Source of the DNA: an uncultured virus (IMG/VR IMGVR_UViG_3300021127_000003)
Lineage: Duplodnaviria > Heunggongvirae > Uroviricota > Caudoviricetes
Direction: 5' to 3' (one strand)
Virus record (IMG/VR): IMGVR_UViG_3300021127_000003
DNA length: 55,290 bases
Under the pieces are notes generated by a model. The model saw only the letters and a program-made list of their open reading frames with translations. It was not told where the DNA came from and ran no database searches. Position 1 is the first letter of the stretch. The number at the start of each line of letters is the position of its first letter. The translations under genes were made by a program, and so were the position numbers. This document shows positions 29,714-39,150 of this stretch, piece by piece.

Positions 29714-31642
29714 ATGAACAATATATTGAAATATAGGCTTCCATTTTATAGAAGAAAATTAAATAGTGATGGTACCGCTACATTTTATTTAAAAACTGCG
29801 CCAGCTAATTGGCCACAAAATGGCGATACTGTCTTAGTTTCCCATACTGAGGTTCCAAGTAATAGTAATCTTGCGAGTAGACTATCAGCTTTGTCAACAA
29901 ATACTGTTGGAGCAATAGTATCATCAATTCCTCCAACAACACCAGCATCTGATACATTCACATTACAAACAAATGATTATTATAGTGTATTCATAATATT
30001 GAATTATCTTGATAGTAAATTGGCTATTGATGTGTATGGTGGGGGTGATTGTGCAGGCTTCATCGAATATGATGTTAATCCAACAACTTATACAATATTG
30101 AAAAACGTTGAAGCTACAGCAGTTGTTACTGATGTTGTTCCTTATGATTTGGAAGAAGGTTTTAATTCTCTTTATGCGTCTCAAAACGGATTTACTGGTT
30201 CAACAGAAAATGTTGCACCAATGTTCTTTATTGAAAGAGATGCAACTAATAGTATATTTGCAAACACTTTGAAAGGGTTAAACTTACCTGTTTCTGATGC
30301 TGAATTGATGAAATATACCAGAACTCAGTGGGGTTATAAAACCGCTGGTGTTGGTACAACAAGCAATACATTTTATGAAAATGGTATTTCATATGTTTGG
30401 AACCCAATAACAACAAGCACATTACCATCTGGTGTTTCTGCAACAGATTTGATAACAAACCCAAATATATCAGGTTCTACTGGTGAGCACTACGATACTG
30501 TATTACAAACGATTGGTTCTTATGAATATGTTACTGATTATGGTAAATTACCTGTACCAAATAACCTATATTTGGTTATGGAAATACAACCAAATCAATA
30601 TGGTGAAATTATTGATGGTAAATCTTTGAAGATTACATTACCATATTGGTCTGGTACAACAACAAGTCCAACAAAACAATACCTTGGTATATATGATTCA
30701 TGGGCAGGTTCACCTAAAACTATTGAATTGTATGGTACATACAACAAATCAGGTTTGATTGCTGGATACGATTTAGATACAACCACATCTGAAAAGGATT
30801 TAACAGTTAAAGATCTTGGCCAAAAAATAGATTTATCACAACCAGTTTCGAATTATCAAAGTAATGTTTGTTTATTATTCTCAGACACTTTTGGTGAACC
30901 ATATGAAAATCCAACTGGTAGTTGGTCAGATGGTCACCTTGACGTAATCGATGGTGTTAGAGTATTCAACACAACAACAAGAGCTAAAAGTTTGTATGAT
31001 AACCTTAATGACACATGTGTTGGTATAGCATATCTTGACAAAGGGTTTATTGTTATTACACATCCAAAAATTGTGGACAGTTTCTATGTAAATGCGTTTA
31101 ATGGTGAAATGTATACTGGTGGTACTTTAACACAACCTATCAAAGAATATGATTTTTACGGAAATACAGCATTAAATACAAACAAGTATAGACACAATAG
31201 TACATCTGGGGCTGGTCTTAGAGTATATCCTTCAGGACATACAACTACAATGATATTTACTGAAGATAAAAATAGAAACACTCAGTGGGAAAATACAGAA
31301 TTTATATACACAGGTGTCACTGGTTCCGCTCACTCAAGCTCAATACCGTATATAGAATACTTAAGTTATAACACAGAAAAATCTTTAAATATTGTTTGCT
31401 TAGCATCAACAAATGAATTTTATACAACAACAAACGATACAGCAAAACAATTATTGAATGTTGATCCTTCTACAGATGTTGTAAGTTTTGGTAGTACACA
31501 AACACCAAATTATCCTGTAATTATCTCGCAATTAGGTTTGCATGATGCTGACGGTAATCTATTGGCTGTTTGTAAACCAACACAACCAATAAAAAAATAT
31601 TGGTACGATGTTGTGAGTTTCAACGTCAAGATAAGACTTTAA
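29714..31642 (+). CDS. Tail/collar-like structural protein
   Basis: C-terminal ISQLGLHDADGNLLAVCKPTQPIKK is paralogous to the C-terminus of 24457-27258; internal YGEIIDGKS and VGIAYLDKGFIVITHP. Confidence 0.55.
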   Translation: MNNILKYRLPFYRRKLNSDGTATFYLKTAPANWPQNGDTVLVSHTEVPSNSNLASRLSALSTNTVGAIVSSIPPTTPASDTFTLQTNDYYSVFIILNYLDSKLAIDVYGGGDCAGFIEYDVNPTTYTILKNVEATAVVTDVVPYDLEEGFNSLYASQNGFTGSTENVAPMFFIERDATNSIFANTLKGLNLPVSDAELMKYTRTQWGYKTAGVGTTSNTFYENGISYVWNPITTSTLPSGVSATDLITNPNISGSTGEHYDTVLQTIGSYEYVTDYGKLPVPNNLYLVMEIQPNQYGEIIDGKSLKITLPYWSGTTTSPTKQYLGIYDSWAGSPKTIELYGTYNKSGLIAGYDLDTTTSEKDLTVKDLGQKIDLSQPVSNYQSNVCLLFSDTFGEPYENPTGSWSDGHLDVIDGVRVFNTTTRAKSLYDNLNDTCVGIAYLDKGFIVITHPKIVDSFYVNAFNGEMYTGGTLTQPIKEYDFYGNTALNTNKYRHNSTSGAGLRVYPSGHTTTMIFTEDKNRNTQWENTEFIYTGVTGSAHSSSIPYIEYLSYNTEKSLNIVCLASTNEFYTTTNDTAKQLLNVDPSTDVVSFGSTQTPNYPVIISQLGLHDADGNLLAVCKPTQPIKKYWYDVVSFNVKIRL

Positions 31643-31650
31643 TAGAATTT

Positions 31651-32247
31651 ATGAATAAAAAAGAATTAATACTGGGATTAGACGTATCGACAAAAACTAT
31701 AGGTGTATCACTGTTAGATATAACAGGTGAATTATTGGAATTAACACACATATCCCCAAAAGCTAAACCACTTCCAGAAAATAAGACTGAGGAGTTAATA
31801 AAAAAAGCTGATATATTTTCGGTTTTTATCGACAAATATGTTGGAATGAATATAAAATATATTGTTATCGAAGAGCCTCTTCTGAGATCCAACAACGTAA
31901 ACACTGTTGGTACTTTGTTACGTTTTAATGGTATGGTAACTAAAATATGTTATGATAAACTTGGTGTAGTACCAGAATACATTAGTACATACGAAGCAAG
32001 AAAGAATGCTTTCCCAGACTTGATGCAACCAAACGCAAAAGGTACAAAAGTACTTTTTGGTGGGTATCCTAAGGATATTGATAAAAAAGCTGTCATTTGG
32101 AAAAAAGTTGCTGAAAGAGAACCACATATTGAATGGCAAAAAGACAAAAAAGGTGACCTTAAAAAAGAAATGTATGACGCAAGTGATGCTTATTGTGTTT
32201 CTTTAGCATTTATGCGCAAAAATAATTTTATATCCGAAACGGTATAA
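31651..32247 (+). CDS. ruvC: RuvC-like Holliday junction resolvase
   Basis: ILGLDVSTKTIG, IVIEEP and DASDA acidic motifs of the RNase H fold; likely start ATG 31651. Confidence 0.8.
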   Translation: MNKKELILGLDVSTKTIGVSLLDITGELLELTHISPKAKPLPENKTEELIKKADIFSVFIDKYVGMNIKYIVIEEPLLRSNNVNTVGTLLRFNGMVTKICYDKLGVVPEYISTYEARKNAFPDLMQPNAKGTKVLFGGYPKDIDKKAVIWKKVAEREPHIEWQKDKKGDLKKEMYDASDAYCVSLAFMRKNNFISETV

Positions 32248-32249
32248 AG

Positions 32250-32281
32250 TTTGGTTTTGTCATTTATTTTTATTAGTTTTG
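32250..32281 (+). promoter_or_regulatory. Bacteroidota-type primary-sigma promoter (-33/-7)
   Basis: TTTG-N20-TAGTTTTG, an exact TAnnTTTG match, 9 nt before ATG 32291. Confidence 0.75.
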
Positions 32282-32290
32282 GTGAAAACC

Positions 32291-33268
32291 ATGCTATCTC
32301 ACGATTTACAAGAAAAGGTCGATGAATTAATCGATTTATTAGAGCAGTTCCTTGGGGGGCCAAGTAGGCATTACGCTACAAGGGCACAAATATCATTTGA
32401 TTGCCCTGTTTGCTCTGCAATGAAGGGTGTTACTAACGATGGTAAAGGTAATCTTGAGATAAACTATGAGCTTGGTGTGTATAAATGTTGGTCATGTGGA
32501 GAGATTGATGGTACCAAAGGTTTTTTATACAGATTGTTTAGGGAACATGCTAATTATGATATTTATAGACGTTTTAGGCAACTAAATTTAAGTTTTGGTG
32601 AATCTGAGTATTATGCTAATATTGATGATTCATTTCAAAAAGAAAAACTTAAATTGCCAGATGAATACATAAAATTACACGGTAGACAAAGCATGAAGGT
32701 TTTTACAAATGCTTTTAAATATCTCTATAACCGTGGAATTACAGACCAGCAAATTGAAAAATATCAAATAGGGTATTGTCTTGAAGGATTGTATCAATAT
32801 AGAATTGTTATACCTTCCTATGATGCTAATGGTGAATTAAATTATTTTGTAACCAGAGCCGTATCACCAAAAGTAAAAAAATTTAAATATTTGAATTCTC
32901 AAGCGGATAAAACAAGTATTATCTTTAATGAGAATTTAATAGATTGGAATAAACCTGTATTCATTGTAGAGGGTTGTTTCGATCATATTCCTGTCCCAAA
33001 TAGTATCCCATTACTCGGAAAAAAACTATATGATAAAATCTACGATGTTTTATATAAAAAGGCTAATAATTACGTTGTGATTATATTAGACCCTGATGCC
33101 TGGGATGATGCAAAAAAAATTTATCATAAATTAAATGCTGGTAGGTTATTTAATAAAGTATTAATAAATAATTTACCTGAAGGATATGATTTGTCGTTAT
33201 ATAATCAATTGTATGGGCAAGAAGAAATAAAAAAATTATTAATAAAAAGTTATAGATTAAAAGAATAA
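32291..33268 (+). CDS. dnaG: DNA primase (Zn-binding plus TOPRIM domains)
   Basis: CPVC...CWSC, YLYNRGI, RIVIP, KYLN, IVEGCFD and LDPDA. Confidence 0.85.
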   Translation: MLSHDLQEKVDELIDLLEQFLGGPSRHYATRAQISFDCPVCSAMKGVTNDGKGNLEINYELGVYKCWSCGEIDGTKGFLYRLFREHANYDIYRRFRQLNLSFGESEYYANIDDSFQKEKLKLPDEYIKLHGRQSMKVFTNAFKYLYNRGITDQQIEKYQIGYCLEGLYQYRIVIPSYDANGELNYFVTRAVSPKVKKFKYLNSQADKTSIIFNENLIDWNKPVFIVEGCFDHIPVPNSIPLLGKKLYDKIYDVLYKKANNYVVIILDPDAWDDAKKIYHKLNAGRLFNKVLINNLPEGYDLSLYNQLYGQEEIKKLLIKSYRLKE

Positions 33269-33269
33269 T

Positions 33270-34007
33270 ATGATAAATTTAAATCACGAAACCCATACAT
33301 ATTTTAACGATGAAAAACCAAATGTAAAATATACTTCGGTAACTACTGTACTTGGTGAATACAAAGAAAAATTTGATGAACACTTTCATGCGCAAAGGGT
33401 CGCTGATAGGAAAGGCGTTGAAAAGGAGCAAATACTTGCGGAGTGGAAAGAAATTAATAGAGTTGCCAATGAATACGGTACTAACTTACACGCAATATTA
33501 GAGAAATATTTACTTGCTAAAAATAACATTTATACACCAAGAGATAACTTTGAAAAGACTGTTATCAGGGCGTTTAGGGAATGTTGCATGGATGAAAAAT
33601 TATCAATAATTGGTTCTAATAGCGTACATCCAGAAAGAATTATGTCTATTGAATTTAATGATGAACTTGGTATTGCTGGAACATCGGATATTATAGAAGA
33701 TATTGATAAGGACAGATTTAATGTTTGGGATTTTAAGACAAATAAAAAGTTCAATTACGATAATGATTTTGCCCAATACATGTATTTTCCTGTAGATCAC
33801 CTTGTATATTCTCAATACACAACTTATTGTTTACAAATCTCAATCTATGGTGTAATGTACGAGAAAGAAACTGGTAAAAGATTCAACAGAGGTGGTTTAT
33901 TTTATTGGGATAAAAATCTTGAAATATTTAAATTAATACCTGTTCCATACATGAAAAAAGAAGCGGAATTAATTATTCAACATTATAAATTAAAATTAGG
34001 TGTATAA
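33270..34007 (+). CDS. PD-(D/E)XK exonuclease (RecB-C-terminal-like)
   Basis: SVTTVL, GTNLH, E, AGTSD, WDFKTN, LQISIY. Confidence 0.82.
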   Translation: MINLNHETHTYFNDEKPNVKYTSVTTVLGEYKEKFDEHFHAQRVADRKGVEKEQILAEWKEINRVANEYGTNLHAILEKYLLAKNNIYTPRDNFEKTVIRAFRECCMDEKLSIIGSNSVHPERIMSIEFNDELGIAGTSDIIEDIDKDRFNVWDFKTNKKFNYDNDFAQYMYFPVDHLVYSQYTTYCLQISIYGVMYEKETGKRFNRGGLFYWDKNLEIFKLIPVPYMKKEAELIIQHYKLKLGV

Positions 34008-34009
34008 TC

Positions 34010-34819
34010 ATGATTAACAAAATCGTACATTTGGCCGATATACATTACAGAACGTATCAGAGGCATACAGAATTCAGATCAATTGCTGAGTATTTCATTG
34101 ATAAAATGAAACTACTAAAACCAGATAGAATTGTTATTACTGGTGATATAGTACACTCTCGAAATCAACTAACACCAGAGCTTGTTAACGAAGTTCAATG
34201 GTTTCTTGATTCATGTTCAGATAATTGTGAGAAACTCATCATCATTCCTGGCAATCATGATATAGTTGAACAAAATAAAGAAAGATTAGATGCTTTGACA
34301 CCAATCTTGTCTGCTTTGGGTAAACCAAATATTTTCTACTATAAAGAAAGTGAATTGTACCCAGATGATAATGTTGTTTGGACTGTATATAGTATTTACA
34401 ATAACAACACACCGCCAGTGCAACTTTATAAAAAACCTTACAAAGATAAAACTTATATAGGTTTATTTCACGGTGTTATCATGGGCGCTAAAAACGACAA
34501 TGGTTTTTCATTCAATCATGGAACTGAACCAAACAAGTTTGATGAATGTGATTTAACATTATGTGGTGATATTCATAAAAGACAAGTATTTTTTAACAAA
34601 AATAACCAACCTATTATAATGGTAGGAAGTCTGATACAACAGAACTATGGTGAATCAATTTCAGAACATGGATATTGTGTTATAACATTAGATCCTAAAG
34701 ACAAATCTAAATGTACATACCAGTTTGAAAACATAGATAATCCTGTGAAATACTTAACTTTTAAAATATCTGATATGTCTGATATTGAAAACGATTCGGA
34801 GGTACTGGTTAATGGTTAA
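34010..34819 (+). CDS. sbcD: SbcD/Mre11 (gp47-like) metallophosphoesterase nuclease, short form
   Basis: ADIH, GDIVH, GNHD, FHG, GDIHKRQ and GSLIQQNYGE. Confidence 0.88.
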   Translation: MINKIVHLADIHYRTYQRHTEFRSIAEYFIDKMKLLKPDRIVITGDIVHSRNQLTPELVNEVQWFLDSCSDNCEKLIIIPGNHDIVEQNKERLDALTPILSALGKPNIFYYKESELYPDDNVVWTVYSIYNNNTPPVQLYKKPYKDKTYIGLFHGVIMGAKNDNGFSFNHGTEPNKFDECDLTLCGDIHKRQVFFNKNNQPIIMVGSLIQQNYGESISEHGYCVITLDPKDKSKCTYQFENIDNPVKYLTFKISDMSDIENDSEVLVNG

Positions 34820-35087
34820 TATCAATAAAAAAATATATAAAGAAATTGAGGCATATTGTGAATTAAACAATATAGCAGATGTTGAATTCTTCATTAATAA
34901 AATTGTTGTAAATGGATTCAACATAGAAAAATATGGTATGTTGAAAAGTGGAGATAATAAAAAATTGGAAGAAGTTAAAGTCGAAGAAAAAACGCAAGAG
35001 CAAATTGTTAAACAAGAAAATATTATAGAAACAAAAATAGATAAAGATGATGATGACAGATACAATGAGTTATATGACAGATTATAA
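34812..35087 (+). CDS. Hypothetical protein
   Basis: Small ORF overlapping both sbcD and sbcC (IEAYCELNNI...GFNIEKYG). Confidence 0.55.
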   Translation: MVNINKKIYKEIEAYCELNNIADVEFFINKIVVNGFNIEKYGMLKSGDNKKLEEVKVEEKTQEQIVKQENIIETKIDKDDDDRYNELYDRL

Positions 35088-37443
35088 TGTCGATTTATAT
35101 AATGAGAATAATTACATAAGAGTTTATTGGGAAGATACACTTGATAATTACAATAAATCAAATGAAAAATTGATTGAAAAGTATTTTCAGGATAAATATA
35201 ATACCAATAAGGTTAAGGTAGTTTTTAAACCTATTGCAAATAAAACATCTGAAATAGATGTAGATCTCGAAGCACATGCTGATGCAAGTGATGTGATTCT
35301 TGACGATAATTACCAAGACCAATTAATTGATAAGTATCTTAAAGATAATAATATTGAGGTAAATCGTGATTTCCTTAAAAAGCTTGACGATACTATCAAT
35401 TCAGAACTTACCGATTACAAAGAACAAAACGGTAAGTATAAGAATTTTAAGATAAAGGAAATCGAATTTTCAAATTTCCTGTCTTATGGTGAAAACAATA
35501 TTATCAAGATTGATAAACCTGGCATCACATCCATAATATCAAATCCAGCAAATTTTTCTGGTAAGAGTACTTTAACTGTTGATTTATTGTCGTTTTTATT
35601 TTTTGGTGTAACAAGTAAAACAGATAAACTCGATGGTATTTTTAACAAATTCACCAACAAAGATTTGGTTGTGGTTAAAGGTACTGTAGAAATTGAAGGC
35701 GATGAATATATTATCAAAAGAACCATAAGTAGAAAAGAATCTAAAGGTAAGGGTATGGTGTGTAAATCAGAAGTTGATTTTTACCAAATTTTACCAAAAG
35801 GTGGTACCAAGCAATTAAATGGTGAACAAAGAAAATACACTGACGACTTAATTAAAAACTATGTTGGTACTTATGATGATTTCTTACTAACAATTCTTGC
35901 CACTGGTGATAATTTGGATGATTTAATCAAAACAAAACCAACAGAAAGAGGAAGATTGTTAACCAGATTTATTGGTCTTGAATTTTATAGAGAAAAAGAA
36001 AAAATTGGTAAAAAACATTATGCTGAATGGAAAGAAAAATCTCATTTAGCTATAACAAATGTTGCTGAAGTCCAAACCAAAATTGATAAAGAAAAAGATA
36101 GGATTGTTCAAAATAATAAGCTTAATGATTCTAACAAACAATCACTTATCACAATAAATGCAAATATTCAGGAGTTAGAAAAAACTAAAGATAATTTGTT
36201 GAGTATGCGTGTTAACAATGTTGACACAGAACAATATAAAATCAACGAATCGACAATTATTGAGGGTATCGATAAATTGAATAAATTGATTGCTGATAAA
36301 AACGATGCACTTACTAAGCTTGAAATTGCTGTACCACAACCATCTGAAAATTTTGATGTTGATACATACCAGAGTTTGAGTATGCAAGCTAAAGAAATTG
36401 ATACAATTTTATTAAAAAATGAATTTCAAATTTCTTCAAAAAAAGAAACAATAAAAATGCTAAAAGATAGTGAACTTTGCGTAACTTGCAGTAGACCACT
36501 TGAAGGCGTTGATAACTCTGATAAAATTGATTCAATTAATAATGAAATCAATGCTTTAGAAAATGATAACAATAATAAGAGAGTCGAACTAAATGATTTG
36601 AATGCGAAGATTACTTTGTTTGAAGACATTAAAAAACAATGGGATGACTTCAATAAAAACGAATTACTTGTTAGTAAAGCTAAAGGTGAACTTGCAACCT
36701 ACAATGAGAGTTTGAGTAGAGGAACCCAAAAACTTAATGACTATAGAGCAAATGTTAAGAATATTGAAAACAACAAAAAGATTGACACAGAATTGACAAA
36801 CCTGAGAATCAAAATAACTAACGCAAATAATGAAAGAGATTTGTGTATGTTACAGATTAAGAGTTTGGAAAAAGATGTAGAGTCTTCAGAAAAATTGATC
36901 AATGACTATAACTTGTTGATAAAAGAATTGAAGAAGGATGAGCTGATTGATAAAATATATAAGGTATATCTTGAGTTATTTGGTAAAAACGGTATATCAA
37001 AGATGATTTTGAGTACAATGATCCCATTAATTAACTCTTACCTACAAATGTTATTGGTCGATACTGCGGAGTTCGTATTGGAGTTAAGAATGGATGAAAA
37101 AGGGGATGTTGAATTTTGGATGGTGGATGCTATAACTGACATTGAAAAACCTTTGTATGCTGGTTCTGGTTATGAAAGAACAGTTAGTTCTTTAGCTCTA
37201 AGATGTGTTTTAAGAAAAGTTTGTTCGTTACCTAAACCAAATATCATTATCTTTGATGAAGTTACTGGTAAAGTTGCCAATGAAAATCTTGAAAGACTTG
37301 GCTCATTCTTTGATAAAATAAAATTATACTTTGAACACATTTGGTTAATTAGTCACAATCCATTGGTACAAGAATGGGCTGATAATACCATTAAAGTTGC
37401 TAAGAAAGATAACATATCCAAGATTATACATGAAGACAATTAA
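35047..37443 (+). CDS. sbcC: SbcC/Rad50 (gp46-like) ATPase with N-terminal extension
   Basis: NFLSYG, Walker A NFSGKST, coiled coils with zinc hook CVTC, signature GSGYE, Walker B IIFDE, ISH; start may be 35065 or 35074. Confidence 0.9.
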   Translation: MMMTDTMSYMTDYNVDLYNENNYIRVYWEDTLDNYNKSNEKLIEKYFQDKYNTNKVKVVFKPIANKTSEIDVDLEAHADASDVILDDNYQDQLIDKYLKDNNIEVNRDFLKKLDDTINSELTDYKEQNGKYKNFKIKEIEFSNFLSYGENNIIKIDKPGITSIISNPANFSGKSTLTVDLLSFLFFGVTSKTDKLDGIFNKFTNKDLVVVKGTVEIEGDEYIIKRTISRKESKGKGMVCKSEVDFYQILPKGGTKQLNGEQRKYTDDLIKNYVGTYDDFLLTILATGDNLDDLIKTKPTERGRLLTRFIGLEFYREKEKIGKKHYAEWKEKSHLAITNVAEVQTKIDKEKDRIVQNNKLNDSNKQSLITINANIQELEKTKDNLLSMRVNNVDTEQYKINESTIIEGIDKLNKLIADKNDALTKLEIAVPQPSENFDVDTYQSLSMQAKEIDTILLKNEFQISSKKETIKMLKDSELCVTCSRPLEGVDNSDKIDSINNEINALENDNNNKRVELNDLNAKITLFEDIKKQWDDFNKNELLVSKAKGELATYNESLSRGTQKLNDYRANVKNIENNKKIDTELTNLRIKITNANNERDLCMLQIKSLEKDVESSEKLINDYNLLIKELKKDELIDKIYKVYLELFGKNGISKMILSTMIPLINSYLQMLLVDTAEFVLELRMDEKGDVEFWMVDAITDIEKPLYAGSGYERTVSSLALRCVLRKVCSLPKPNIIIFDEVTGKVANENLERLGSFFDKIKLYFEHIWLISHNPLVQEWADNTIKVAKKDNISKIIHEDN

Positions 37444-37477
37444 TTTTGCACTATTTTTAATGAGATATCATTTATAT

Positions 37478-38056
37478 ATGACAATAAAAAATTTATTTAA
37501 AAAGAAATCTAAAAGATACATGTTAATGTTTCTTGGTAGATATCCAGAAAACTTTAAACATGGTATCAAACCAGTTGTGGATAATGAACATGATTTAAGA
37601 TTCACATTCGGCCCTGCATCTTTAATAGTTATATTTAATTCAAAACAATCATTAAAAGACTTAAATCTTGTATTCAATAAAGTTTATTCTGAATATATAG
37701 ACCTTTTCTATCTATTTGATGTAACAGAAAATAATTATGGTAGATTTTGCAATGATTTAATTAACAAAAACCTTTATGATGAATCAAATGTTAAAATAAC
37801 AAATGAAGAAAAACTTCAAAAAATACATTTTTTCATTGGTTTGATACATAAGATGAGGGAAGAGATTGCGCAAGAAATTCTTACGCATATCAAATTAGAT
37901 AATGACATGGAACAACATTCGAACTTCAATGAAATGTCTATGGAAAACATAGATATGGAACAAGTAGATGTTATTATAGATAAAATAAAAGAGGTCGGCT
38001 TCGACAATTTAACAGAGGAAGAAAAAACACTTTATAACAAAATTTTTAAAAAATGA
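37478..38056 (+). CDS. Hypothetical protein with C-terminal D.IIDKI...G...LT.EEK helical motif (DUF6576-like)
   Basis: VDVIIDKIKEVGFDNLTEEEK; start uncertain (37430, 37460 or 37478). Confidence 0.5.
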   Translation: MTIKNLFKKKSKRYMLMFLGRYPENFKHGIKPVVDNEHDLRFTFGPASLIVIFNSKQSLKDLNLVFNKVYSEYIDLFYLFDVTENNYGRFCNDLINKNLYDESNVKITNEEKLQKIHFFIGLIHKMREEIAQEILTHIKLDNDMEQHSNFNEMSMENIDMEQVDVIIDKIKEVGFDNLTEEEKTLYNKIFKK

Positions 38057-38841
38057 AATTAGACACATCACATTGGATTAATCAGAGCGAACTTTTAAGC
38101 TACCTAACAGACATTAAAAGATTTAACGTATTAACAAGAGAGGAAGAAAACGAAGTTATTAGACAAATAAATAAAGGTGATGAAAAAGCCAAAGATTTAT
38201 TGGTTGTCAGCAACCTAAGATTTGTCATCTCAGTAGCTAAACAATATCTTCATAAAGGGATGGATCTTAAAGATCTCATATCAGAAGGTAATTATGGCTT
38301 GATGAAGGCATTAGAAAAATATGACACAAATCAAACAGATGTAAGATTTCTTTCTTATGCTGTTTGGTGGATTAGACAATCAATCCTACAATCCCTTAAC
38401 GAACAATCACGTTCAATAAGATTGCCTGTAAATGTCATAAACGACATGTATAAATTGGATAAACAGGCTGATAAAATAGGTGAATTTAACCCAGACTTTG
38501 TTAAAATAACAATACCTGTTGTTGAAACTCTGGATAAACCATCAGATGATGAGGGATATGCATTACATGATGTTATAGCCGACCAGGATGCGGTTCTTGC
38601 CGATAGCACACTTGAGGTAGAAAAAGAAAATTTGAATTTTGCTTTAATTTCATTACTTGATTCACTCAATGTTGATGAAAAACAAGTAATTACCAGGTAC
38701 TTTGGGTTATATGATAAAGAAAGTACTTTACAAGAAATAGCTGAAGATTTGGATCTAACTAAAGAAAGAGTTAGGCAAATCAAAGAAAAAGCTATAAAAA
38801 AATTGAGATTTAATTCATATAAATTATTTGAATTACTATAA
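38053..38841 (+). CDS. rpoD: RNA polymerase sigma-70 factor, RpoD/SigA-like, lacking region 1.1
   Basis: YL.DI..LT.EEE, NLRFVISVAKQY, DLISEGNYGL, SYAVWWIRQSI, IRLP and TLQEIA..L.LTKERVRQI. Confidence 0.92.
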   Translation: MKLDTSHWINQSELLSYLTDIKRFNVLTREEENEVIRQINKGDEKAKDLLVVSNLRFVISVAKQYLHKGMDLKDLISEGNYGLMKALEKYDTNQTDVRFLSYAVWWIRQSILQSLNEQSRSIRLPVNVINDMYKLDKQADKIGEFNPDFVKITIPVVETLDKPSDDEGYALHDVIADQDAVLADSTLEVEKENLNFALISLLDSLNVDEKQVITRYFGLYDKESTLQEIAEDLDLTKERVRQIKEKAIKKLRFNSYKLFELL

Positions 38842-38862
38842 TATTTATATAAAACCATTTTT

Positions 38863-39150
38863 ATGAAAAATTTAATCACGTATCTTAAAAATACTAATAT
38901 TTGGGTGTTAGTATTATTTATTTTAGTATGGTTCAAAGGATGTTCTAATTCATCTGATATAAAAACCTTAAGAAAAGAAGTTGTTAGACTTGAAGCTAAA
39001 AACGATAGTTTAAATACAGAAATGATAAAAGCTATACAAGCCGAAGGTCTAAGATCTGAAAAAAGAATGATTCAATCTACAGATAGAAAAATGATGGATG
39101 TTAACCGTATGTCTGAGATTGATAAAGAACTAAAAACAATCGGTAAATAA
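38863..39150 (+). CDS. Small membrane-anchored coiled-coil protein
   Basis: Hydrophobic IWVLVLFILVWF followed by KGC and a helical charged tail. Confidence 0.55.
   Translation: MKNLITYLKNTNIWVLVLFILVWFKGCSNSSDIKTLRKEVVRLEAKNDSLNTEMIKAIQAEGLRSEKRMIQSTDRKMMDVNRMSEIDKELKTIGK

Noticed and set aside
38355..38936. 193-aa antisense ORF over the sigma factor
   Set aside because: No recognisable motifs and Ser/Leu-rich; typical antisense shadow of a conserved gene. The same applies to the other short nested ORFs in the track.
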